A stretch of 61,424 nt of DNA from a bacterium (GTDB taxonomy: Bacteria > Patescibacteriota > Minisyncoccia > Phycocordibacterales > JBBTRF01), in NCBI GenBank assembly GCA_037130265.1, contig JBAXTI010000002.1, positions 92,870 through 154,293 of the forward strand. The letters are read 5' to 3'. The notes beneath the pieces are model-generated. The model was not told the DNA's origin. It worked only from the letters and a program-made list of their open reading frames with translations, and made no database searches. Both the position numbers and the translations under genes were made by a program. This document shows positions 16,626 through 26,834 of this stretch, one piece after another. How positions within the stretch are numbered: position 1 is the stretch's first letter; each line of letters starts with the position of its first letter.

Positions 16626-18617
16626 ATGAAAGTCTCCCACAACTGGCTCCAATGCTATTTCGACAAGCCGCTTCCGACGGCTGAGAAGCTCGCTGAGCTT
16701 TTCACATTCGGCGCTTTTGAAGTGGAAGGGATTGAGAAGGTGCTCGGAAACGCAGCTGCCGGCGACGCAGATGTGGCGAAGGTTACCGACACCGTCATCG
16801 ACGTGAAGGTGCTACCCGATCGCGCTCACTATGCGCTTTGTCATCGAGGGGTCGCGAGCGAGATATCCGCACTTGCTGGCATCGCGCGCAAGCCGCTCAC
16901 GAAGCCGCCTTTCCTCGAGGCCTCAGCTAGGAAAGTTGAAGTAAAAAATCTCGAGCCGAAACTCTGCACTCGGTACGTCGCGCGCTATGTCGAAAATGTC
17001 ATCGTCGGCAAAACTCCCGACTGGCCACGGCTCTGGCTCGAAGCGATCGGCCAGCGCTCCATCAACACCGTCGTCGACGCTACGAACACGGTGATGTTCG
17101 ACATGGGCCAGCCACTCCATGCTTTTGATGTCGATAAAGTGCAGGGACCGATCACGATCCGCCTCGCCAAGGTCGGCGAGAAGATGACGACACTCGACAG
17201 CAGTGCTGGAGCAGGGAAGGAGATTGAATTGACTTCAGAGATGCTCGTGATTGCTGATGATGCTGGCGTGTTGGCGGTAGCCGGGGTGAAGGGTGGTTCG
17301 CGTGCGGCCGTGACCAGTGAGACCAAAAATCTCATTCTCGAAGCGGCGTGTTTCGACCCCGTTTCCGTTCGCAAGACCAGCACCAAGATCGGCATTCGCA
17401 ATGAGTCGTCGAAGCGTTTTGAAAACGAGATCACGCCGCACCTTGCACCTGACGCAATGTATTGGCTAACCGCGCTCATTTTGGAGCAATCGCCGAAAGC
17501 TGCGGATGGCAAGATTGCAGCAAAGGCCGGCCCGGTGACCGATATCCACGGCGAGCTCCCGGAAAAAGTTAAAATGGAGGTCTCTGCGAAAGATATTTCT
17601 ACCATGCTTGGTGTGCAGATTTCCGTAAGTACAGTCGTCAACCTGCTCAATCGGCTTGAGCTTGCCGCAACCGCAAAGGGCGACATCATCACCCTCACCA
17701 TTCCTCACGATCGCCTCGACCTGCGTATTCCTGCCGACATTGCCGAAGAAGTCGGCCGTCTTTACGGCTACGACAAGATTCCGTACACAGCGCCGGCAAA
17801 ACACTCACTCGTCTCTTCCAACAAAACCTTTTATTATTGCGAAAAGATCAAGAATGCTCTCATCGCTGCCGGCTTTTCTGAAGTATACAGCTACGCACTC
17901 ACCGCCAAGGGTGATTTCGAGATCACCAAACCACTCGCTGCGGACAAGGGCAAGCTCCGCACCAATCTCGCCGACGGCATGACAAAGTCGCTCGAGATGA
18001 ATGTTCGCAATGCCGACCTGCTCGGTCTCGAGACTGTCGCACTTTTTGAAGTCGGCACGGTGTTTAGTGTCGCTGCCGAAACCACATCACTTTGCCTCGC
18101 TGCACAAATGGTGAAGAAAGTGAAAGGGAAGAAGAGTGAGGATGTCCTTCGTGTGGCCATCGCTGAGTTGGAAAAGACGCTCGGCGTTGCGTTGCAGACA
18201 AAGATTTCTCCAGTGGGTACAGGTGCTCTTGCTGAAGTTGATCTCACGTCACTTATTGCCACTCTCTCCGCACCAACCTCATACGCTGACCTTGGCCTCA
18301 CCCGCGCGATCGATACAAAATACAAGCCTTTCTCTGCGTATCCGTTCATCACTCGCGACATTGCATTGTTTGTTCCTGCTGGTACCGATGAAGCCGCTGT
18401 CCGCGACACCATTGCCGATTCGCTCAACAAGATTGCAGGCGATCTCGTGGTAAAGGGGCCTGATTGTTTCGATCGATTCGAGAAAGAGGGGAAGCTCTCT
18501 CTCGCATACCGCATGATTTTTCAATCGTATGAAAAGACACTTTCCGACGAGGAAGTGAATGCACATATGACTGCGCTTCACGATAGTGTGAAGGCGAATG
18601 GGTGGACGGTGCGATAA
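16626..18617 (+). CDS. pheT: phenylalanine--tRNA ligase beta subunit
   Basis: 663 aa. MKVSHNWLQCYF.. N-terminus, a B3/B4 region and a C-terminal FDRFEKEGKLSLAYRMIFQS. Confidence 0.9.
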   Translation: MKVSHNWLQCYFDKPLPTAEKLAELFTFGAFEVEGIEKVLGNAAAGDADVAKVTDTVIDVKVLPDRAHYALCHRGVASEISALAGIARKPLTKPPFLEASARKVEVKNLEPKLCTRYVARYVENVIVGKTPDWPRLWLEAIGQRSINTVVDATNTVMFDMGQPLHAFDVDKVQGPITIRLAKVGEKMTTLDSSAGAGKEIELTSEMLVIADDAGVLAVAGVKGGSRAAVTSETKNLILEAACFDPVSVRKTSTKIGIRNESSKRFENEITPHLAPDAMYWLTALILEQSPKAADGKIAAKAGPVTDIHGELPEKVKMEVSAKDISTMLGVQISVSTVVNLLNRLELAATAKGDIITLTIPHDRLDLRIPADIAEEVGRLYGYDKIPYTAPAKHSLVSSNKTFYYCEKIKNALIAAGFSEVYSYALTAKGDFEITKPLAADKGKLRTNLADGMTKSLEMNVRNADLLGLETVALFEVGTVFSVAAETTSLCLAAQMVKKVKGKKSEDVLRVAIAELEKTLGVALQTKISPVGTGALAEVDLTSLIATLSAPTSYADLGLTRAIDTKYKPFSAYPFITRDIALFVPAGTDEAAVRDTIADSLNKIAGDLVVKGPDCFDRFEKEGKLSLAYRMIFQSYEKTLSDEEVNAHMTALHDSVKANGWTVR

Positions 18618-18642
18618 AAAACCCCGGCACACAGTGTCGGGG
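18616..18642. terminator. shared hairpin between convergent pheT and the HTH gene
   Basis: CCCCGGCAC-ACA-GTGTCGGGG flanked by A6 on the left (a U-tract on the minus strand) and a G9 run on the right. Confidence 0.6.
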
Positions 18643-18671
18643 GGGGGTGGTTCGGTGAGTGTTGATTATTT

Positions 18672-19121
18672 TCAGCGATTTCTGCCAAGTGCGGCGAGGA
18701 GCTGATCCTCAAATACTCTGCGCAGGATCTTTTCTGTGAGATAACGTCGACCTCGAACTGACCGTTCTGTCTCCCCGATCACTGTTTGGAGCTTGCTGAT
18801 ACCAGGCCTGCTTAGGACGATGAGGTTGTCTGCTTCGAGTTGACCCATCAGTATGGTGAAGGCACTGTTATCCAAAAGTGGACCTGTGTGTGGCTTGATG
18901 CCGAGAGATCTTAAGACCGAAACGGGACCATATCCTAGGGCTCGGATGAGTTGATGCGTTTTTGCAGGAGAGAGCGAGCGCTGTCCGCTCTTGGCCAGAC
19001 TTATGAGTGTGCCAGAGATACCGATCCCTTTGGCTATTTTTGCTTGAGATACACCGGGCTCGCTCAGCTTTTTTTTGAGCCAGGGCTGTATTTTGTGCCA
19101 ATCGTACCAATGTCTTCTCAT
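18672..19121 (-). CDS. helix-turn-helix (XRE-like) DNA-binding protein
   Basis: GVSQAKIAKGIGISGTLISLAKSGQRSLS is HTH-like. 149 aa. Confidence 0.5.
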   Translation of the reverse strand: MRRHWYDWHKIQPWLKKKLSEPGVSQAKIAKGIGISGTLISLAKSGQRSLSPAKTHQLIRALGYGPVSVLRSLGIKPHTGPLLDNSAFTILMGQLEADNLIVLSRPGISKLQTVIGETERSVRGRRYLTEKILRRVFEDQLLAALGRNR

Positions 19122-19200
19122 GGGGTGAATGGGTGGAAAGGACGCTGTCGAACATCATTAAATCACACTTCCAGATATTTTTCTAGGCTCGAAAAAATGA

Positions 19201-21417
<2,217 letters not shown>

Positions 21418-21535
21418 GAAGAGAATACAAAGGCATTTCTCAGAGCACGGAATAAAACCTTGCTAGGTTTTTTCCTCCTGCTCGACCCCTACGGGTCTGC
21501 GCAGAGGCTCTTCGAAATGCCTTTGTATTCTCTTC
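21418..21535 (+). repeat. nested-hairpin structured repeat, copy E
   Basis: 22-bp perfect basal stem (21418-21439 with 21514-21535). Starts at the first nt after the gyrB stop. Confidence 0.85.
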
Positions 21536-21733
21536 TCGTTACCAATGGTCGCAGCACGCGTGTTCGACTGAATGGTGTTTGACATAATTCACTATTTTGT
21601 GGCAGTATTAAAACAGGAGCTGTGGCGGACCATTCTATGGCGAGCAATGAACACGGCTTAGATAGTATGCAAAACAGTCTGTCGGCCCGATCGGTATCTG
21701 GGTTGGGACGGACGCAATTGAAAGGAAAATGGC

Positions 21734-22474
21734 ATGACGACACCTTATGTTGTCAAAAAATCAGTAGCAAAGCGCAAACCGACGCTCGATGAAGTTCTGA
21801 CCTACATGTCGCGCATCAGCGACCTCGGTCGCCGGTTTACGGAAGGCTCACTTCATCCTACCTCGGTGCTGGATACTCTCCAGTGCATGCAGGAGGGATG
21901 GGGGATAGGATCGGGGATGGAGGAAGTTCCCGCAGAGCAGGTGTCTCGAGGTCGCATTATTCCCCTCTTCGCCCACCAGCCCCGCCCGATGTCGGAGCTT
22001 TTCCGCAACGGCGATGGTGTGGAATACTCCCACCGCGACGGCGATTTCGACCGTTTGTTCACTGCCAACTCCCCGGAGTGTCTGGCTGGCACTGCTCGCT
22101 TGGTCAAAACCCCCAAGGCCATGAAGTTCAAGCAGATGGCCCAGTGGGTGACCGGACTCCAGACGGAGTCCGTCGCCGACCTCGCCCGCGCCATCGTCGC
22201 CCAGAACCTCGACCTCACCCCCGCTCAGTGGGACGATCAGATTGTCGCCACGCAAGCAGGTCAGGACATCCTCCTCACCAACACTTGGGCCAGCTTCGCC
22301 TTCGCGAAGACTGGCAAGAAGCTGAAGGATGAGCAGGGACAGGAATACGACGAAGTGGTCGTGCTCGGTGCCGACCGCAGCGGCGGCGGTCGGTGGCACG
22401 CCGACGTCGACGGGCTCGACTACGGCAGCGAGTGGGATGCCGACAGCAGGCTCCTCCTCCGCAACTCGCCCTAG
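21734..22474 (+). CDS. DGR variable (target) protein 2, 246 aa (remote target)
   Basis: Its C-terminal roughly 165 aa are paralogous to target 1. Carries VR2 and the same downstream hairpin and terminator module. Confidence 0.85.
   Translation: MTTPYVVKKSVAKRKPTLDEVLTYMSRISDLGRRFTEGSLHPTSVLDTLQCMQEGWGIGSGMEEVPAEQVSRGRIIPLFAHQPRPMSELFRNGDGVEYSHRDGDFDRLFTANSPECLAGTARLVKTPKAMKFKQMAQWVTGLQTESVADLARAIVAQNLDLTPAQWDDQIVATQAGQDILLTNTWASFAFAKTGKKLKDEQGQEYDEVVVLGADRSGGGRWHADVDGLDYGSEWDADSRLLLRNSP
22370..22467 (+). repeat. DGR variable repeat VR2
   Basis: Colinear with TR 15079-15176. By hand count, 13 differences at TR adenines and 3 elsewhere (GGC/GGT, CTG/CTC, CTT/CTC). Confidence 0.8.
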
Positions 22475-22516
22475 GGCACTTGGACACTTTGTCCCTTCGG
22501 CCCCCTCAAATCATTT

Positions 22517-22550
22517 CGCCCAGCATTCTGATGCTGGGCGATTCTTTTTT
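22517..22550 (+). terminator. intrinsic terminator of target gene 2
   Basis: CGCCCAGCAT-TCTG-ATGCTGGGCG followed by ATTCTTTTTT. Confidence 0.8.
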
Positions 22551-22587
22551 ACTCAAGACATCAGTCCAATTTGAGTGACGAATACAT

Positions 22588-22715
22588 ACGTAGAAGAAAA
22601 CAACACGTCGTTTCGAAGGGCCTCTGCGCAGACCCGTAGGGGTCGAGCAGGAGGCAAAATTCCAGAAGGAATTTATGCCGTGCCCTGAGAAACGACGTGT
22701 TGTTTTCTTCTACGT
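22588..22715 (-). repeat. nested-hairpin structured repeat, copy F (sense to the minus-strand gene that ends at 22720)
   Basis: 27-bp perfect basal stem (22588-22614 with 22689-22715). The core matches copy E as its reverse complement. Confidence 0.85.
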
Positions 22716-22719
22716 ACCT

Positions 22720-23838
22720 TTAGTTGCTCAAATTAACGTACATCTTCCCCTTAATAATATTGTTCGTCTTGTTGGTTTCCTGCACGCTGCCGATTGGGTC
22801 GACGTTGATGACGAATTCATTCTCCGTCTTCTTCAAAATACTATCGAAGCCGAGGGTAAACTGTGCGCGGTCACCAGGGTTCAAGGCAGGCTGGCTGTTC
22901 GACTGGAAGATGTATCCAGGGAAGGTAGGAAGCACAGCGGCGAAGGTCCAATCCTTTGCGGCCTTGGTGCCGAGGTTTACGATCTCAAAACGGATCGCAG
23001 CTCGCTGGTCGGGCTTCACTTCCTTTGCTGGTACGAAAGCAAGAGTCTCTTTGTTGATGTAACCGGTTTCCAAAATGTTGGCGGTCAAGTCGATGCTGCC
23101 ATTCGGGTTGCTCGTGCCCGCAGTCGAGATGCCGGTGCCTGGGATCTGCACAATCTGCGTGTTCTGGAAGCTGCCGTTGATGCCTGTGTTGCTACCAGTG
23201 TTTGAGGTGTTGGTGTTTACCGTATTGTTTGCACCAGTAGTACCAGTGTTCGTATTGGCCGCAGTCTTTACCGGAGGCTTCACTGCATCAGCACTGGTCT
23301 CGCCGGTGATAGTGATGGTTGCACTGGATCGAGTCGATGGAGAAGATTCTTCGTTGCGAGTGAAATACAAGCTGACAGGGAGGTTCACGGTCGCGCCCTT
23401 GGTTGAGTAGCCGACGAGGGCAAGAGAGTTGTCGTTGTTGAGGAAATGGAAAACGGTGTTACAGAAAATGATGTCGTTTGAACCACGACCCACGGCTTCG
23501 AGGTGGACGCCTTCGATGCACGGATAGCTGATGGTGTATGAGCCGCCAACAGGGGAGGTGCTTGAAGTGTCGAGCGCCCACTTGAGAGTGAAGGTGTCGC
23601 CAGAGCCGATGGTGTACGCGTCGCTAGAGACGACGAGTTTCTCGGCAGGGATGAAAACAGAAGAAAGCGAAACGGCTGCTGCGGCAACACCGCGAATGAT
23701 AGCAGGTGTTGCTTTCACGAGACCGAAGCTAATGACGGCCAAAATCGCAATGAGACCAACGATCGACAGGCTCTTCATAGAAGACTCGTGGATCTGCTTG
23801 ATTTTTACAATTTTTGGGTGAATTTCCTTGTTTTCCAT
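22720..23838 (-). CDS. membrane-anchored surface protein with C-terminal CARDB-like domain
   Basis: Trimmed to the ATG at 23838 (MENKEIHPKIVKI..). TM segment LSIVGLIAILAVISFGL, a Thr/Asn-rich linker, and a C-terminal IRFEIVNLGTKAAKDW..NPGDRAQFTLGF..DPIGSVQETNKTNN. Confidence 0.65.
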   Translation of the reverse strand: MENKEIHPKIVKIKQIHESSMKSLSIVGLIAILAVISFGLVKATPAIIRGVAAAAVSLSSVFIPAEKLVVSSDAYTIGSGDTFTLKWALDTSSTSPVGGSYTISYPCIEGVHLEAVGRGSNDIIFCNTVFHFLNNDNSLALVGYSTKGATVNLPVSLYFTRNEESSPSTRSSATITITGETSADAVKPPVKTAANTNTGTTGANNTVNTNTSNTGSNTGINGSFQNTQIVQIPGTGISTAGTSNPNGSIDLTANILETGYINKETLAFVPAKEVKPDQRAAIRFEIVNLGTKAAKDWTFAAVLPTFPGYIFQSNSQPALNPGDRAQFTLGFDSILKKTENEFVINVDPIGSVQETNKTNNIIKGKMYVNLSN

Positions 23839-23907
23839 AGTTGGGGCATTATATACCATAGTGTGGTACTTGTCAAGTGTCGGGCAATGCGCTAGAATGG
23901 TCGAACT

Positions 23908-24624
23908 GTGGCAAAGGAGCAGATTTCCGTGGGCAAGCACTATCTCGCGATCAGCGTGGCTATTCTCTTTTTCTTCATGCTCGGCTCTGTTTTGGGCGTT
24001 TTTGGCCTCTTGCCGCACGATATTCAGCAGGCGGTGCAGCCGAACCCGATCTCGATTTCGAGCCTATTTTCATCCTCTACGAGTCCTACCATGAATCTTC
24101 CCTCCGCTGCGGAGGCCGTTCCTGCCACAAAGGCCGAAGAGCCGGCCGTGCAATACGAGCGTGGTGTGGTGAAGGAGACCCCTCTGCATATCTCGATCCC
24201 AAAGATTGGTGTGAGTGTGGCAGTGAAGAATCCTACGAGTACGAACGCAGCTGTGCTGGACGCAGCTCTCATGGAAGGTGCGGTGCGGTATCCGACTTCT
24301 GGCTTGCTTGGCGAGTCGAAGAATGTGTTTCTTTTTGGTCACAGCGCTTATTCACGAGTGATCAAGAACCGCGCATACCACACTTTTGATGGCGTAGAGA
24401 AATTGGTAGAAGGGGATGAGGTGTATGTAGATAGTCTCGACGCGCGCTATGTCTACAAAGTCGTGCGCGTCTCGTTTTTGAAGGATGTCGACGCCTATAT
24501 CGACCTCGAAAGCGACGTGCGTATGCTCACCCTTTCCACTTGTAATGCGGTCGGAGCCAAAGATGATCGCGTCGTGGTGCAGTCTCGATTTATCAAGAAA
24601 ATGCCGATTCCGTTGGCCAACTAG
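23908..24624 (+). CDS. sortase family transpeptidase
   Basis: LFGHSAY (catalytic His region) and MLTLSTC (TLxTC Cys motif), with an N-terminal TM. Alternative start: GTG at 23929, preceded by AAGGAG. Confidence 0.8.
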   Translation: MAKEQISVGKHYLAISVAILFFFMLGSVLGVFGLLPHDIQQAVQPNPISISSLFSSSTSPTMNLPSAAEAVPATKAEEPAVQYERGVVKETPLHISIPKIGVSVAVKNPTSTNAAVLDAALMEGAVRYPTSGLLGESKNVFLFGHSAYSRVIKNRAYHTFDGVEKLVEGDEVYVDSLDARYVYKVVRVSFLKDVDAYIDLESDVRMLTLSTCNAVGAKDDRVVVQSRFIKKMPIPLAN

Positions 24625-24671
24625 ACAAAAAAGACTATTTGTGGTAAGATACTGTAATACGAAATATTTCA

Positions 24672-25988
24672 ATGAAATCAACGGCTACTCATCATATGAA
24701 CACTTTCCACACCCCACGTATTCTCTCTAGCGTTTTTCTTGCGGCATTCATCGCCGTCCTCGCTTTTTCTGTTGCACCCGCAAAAGTGCATGCGATCAGC
24801 TTCGGCGATGTTGGAAACTTTTTTAATCCATCTGGCTTCGGTGTGCCAACCATTCCAAATCCAATCGATATTTTCGTAAACATTCCAATGGATCCAGTGG
24901 TCGAGACCAAGGGTGTCAGCGACCTCGGCTATAACACCGCGCATATTCACGGCTACGTGAACCCAAACGGTTCTCCTGAGACATGGTCATTTTTCGAATG
25001 GGGTCCCACAACCGGCCTCGGCTTTGTCACTGGTACGTTGGCAATTCCTGTTCCGTCTGACACTGATTTCACTCTCACCAATCTCGCACCGAGCACTACC
25101 TACTATTATCGCGTTGTCGGAAAGAATTCTATTTTCACCGAACGTGGTCCGATCAATAGTTTCACCACACTCGCGGCGCCAGTCGCTCCAGTAGTTGTAC
25201 CTCCGATTGTTGTCCCTCCTGGGACCGGTGTACTCGTACTCGGCTCTTGTTCCTCCGCTCCTGCCTCGCCACTCACTGGCAACACTGTCACTTGGTCTAT
25301 GAGTGCAGCTCCAGCAGGTGGCACCGGCACATATACGTATGCTTGGACGGGTACCGACGGTCTCACGAGTACCACCGCAACAGCATCGAAAGTGTATTCT
25401 ACAATCGGCTCAAAGGCCGCTTCGGTGACTGTCACCTCTGGTGCGCAGATTCTCACTATCACTTGTGCTGCGACCACTGTGGCGAACAACCCGAGCCCGA
25501 TCGCTTTGAGTGCGACGATCGCACCGAACCCTTCGGCGACTGGTGTCGGTGGCGCCATTTCTTGGACAGTTACTCCTGCTGGTGGCATCGGCGGATATAC
25601 CTACTCGTGGTCTGGTGGCGATAGTTTGAACGGCACCACACAGACGGTTTCTCATACGTATTACACCCCAGGTACTGTTACTGGTACCGTGATCGTCACT
25701 TCTGGTGCGCAGACTGTCACCGTGAGTGCGACAGCGACTGTCACCAGTGCGCCAGCTCCAGCTAGTGGTGGCGGTGGTGGCGGGGGAGGAGCAAATCCTC
25801 CGACCGTTGTCTTGTCGGACACTCGACAGGTGCAGGCCTCTACTCTCGCATCCGCAGCTTTTGTCTATTTGAATCAGGTTCCCTATACCGGCATTGAGGA
25901 CTACATCGCTTCGATCATCTTTTTGATCGGGCTTCTTGCGGTCTCGTTTGGCGGTTCATGGTATTTCGTGTTTCGGAAGGCGGCTTAA
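24672..25988 (+). CDS. secreted repeat protein with C-terminal sortase-type sorting signal (VPYTG)
   Basis: Signal-like N-terminus, Ig/PKD-like repeats (GTYTYAWTGTDG and GGYTYSWSGGD), and a C-terminal NQVPYTG followed by a hydrophobic segment and RKAA. Confidence 0.7.
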   Translation: MKSTATHHMNTFHTPRILSSVFLAAFIAVLAFSVAPAKVHAISFGDVGNFFNPSGFGVPTIPNPIDIFVNIPMDPVVETKGVSDLGYNTAHIHGYVNPNGSPETWSFFEWGPTTGLGFVTGTLAIPVPSDTDFTLTNLAPSTTYYYRVVGKNSIFTERGPINSFTTLAAPVAPVVVPPIVVPPGTGVLVLGSCSSAPASPLTGNTVTWSMSAAPAGGTGTYTYAWTGTDGLTSTTATASKVYSTIGSKAASVTVTSGAQILTITCAATTVANNPSPIALSATIAPNPSATGVGGAISWTVTPAGGIGGYTYSWSGGDSLNGTTQTVSHTYYTPGTVTGTVIVTSGAQTVTVSATATVTSAPAPASGGGGGGGGANPPTVVLSDTRQVQASTLASAAFVYLNQVPYTGIEDYIASIIFLIGLLAVSFGGSWYFVFRKAA

Positions 25989-26076
25989 AAAGTCAGATGA
26001 CGATATAAGAAGGACTTGTCCACAGCCTCAGTACGCCACACTTGACTAACACCCGCAAGGGTGTTATTCTTTTTAC

Positions 26077-26514
26077 ATGTCTCCTGAATCTGAATTTTTT
26101 CATCCAACTTTAGAAAAAGTCGAAGAAATGAAGGCGGGGGGCCGAGAATGCAAAAATCCGTTCGTTTCCATTGAACAGCTCGAAGCCGAGTGTTATGGAG
26201 ATCCCCTTCTTGAAGAAATCCTGCATGACACGTTGGAGCAGTGTGACAGATACACTGAAACAGTGCTCCAGTTTGAGCAGGTGATTCTCCGAGGATTGGA
26301 TGCGAATGCTGATGGCACAAGGGCTGAGATCGATGGAATTCGAAAGCGAGTCCACGATACCACCATCGAGCAGATCAACATTCTTGCACGTTCTTTGAGA
26401 AAAGCTGGAAGAAACACCGACTGGTTGACAAAAGTCACGGTCGCAAGTCGCGCGGGGTATGCCAAGTTCGCTTTGACGACTTCGTTCGAGCGCATTCAGG
26501 CAATCTCCGTATAA
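26077..26514 (+). CDS. hypothetical protein (145 aa)
   Basis: Clean ORF. TGtTATTCT lies 6 nt upstream of the ATG. No family recognised. Confidence 0.5.
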   Translation: MSPESEFFHPTLEKVEEMKAGGRECKNPFVSIEQLEAECYGDPLLEEILHDTLEQCDRYTETVLQFEQVILRGLDANADGTRAEIDGIRKRVHDTTIEQINILARSLRKAGRNTDWLTKVTVASRAGYAKFALTTSFERIQAISV

Positions 26515-26535
26515 CCTATAACGAAAGGAACTCAT

Positions 26536-26739
26536 ATGACCCAGTCATACTCCACGCTAAGTAAGAAGCAGAGAGCCCAAGTCCTTCGCTATGCGGAGCT
26601 TGCGTTTAAGACAAAGCATGATGCGAAAGACGAAGCAATGCTACATGAGATGAAGCTGCTTCAAGTCAGTCTTGGTTTCAGCCCTACGGACATTATCGCA
26701 ATGGCCCAGGAGAAGCTCACCTCTCCTGATGCCGAGTAG
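26536..26739 (+). CDS. hypothetical small protein (67 aa)
   Basis: ORF preceded by AAAGGAA 7 nt upstream. No family recognised. Confidence 0.4.
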   Translation: MTQSYSTLSKKQRAQVLRYAELAFKTKHDAKDEAMLHEMKLLQVSLGFSPTDIIAMAQEKLTSPDAE

Positions 26740-26774
26740 ACAGTCATTCGCCCTTCTCACGATCGGCAACTGAA

Positions 26775-26804
26775 AACGGACACCCTCCCGGTGCCCGTTT
26801 TTTC
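26775..26804 (+). terminator. intrinsic terminator between convergent genes
   Basis: AACGGACACC-CTCCC-GGTGCCCGTT with one mismatch, followed by a T-run. Confidence 0.6.
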
Positions 26805-26834
26805 TATTTAATTTTTCACTGCGTATTTCTGCTG

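Noticed and set aside
22675-23205. 176-aa plus-strand ORF immediately after repeat F
   Set aside because: It is antisense to the better-supported CARDB-like surface-protein gene (22720-23838) and begins inside the repeat.
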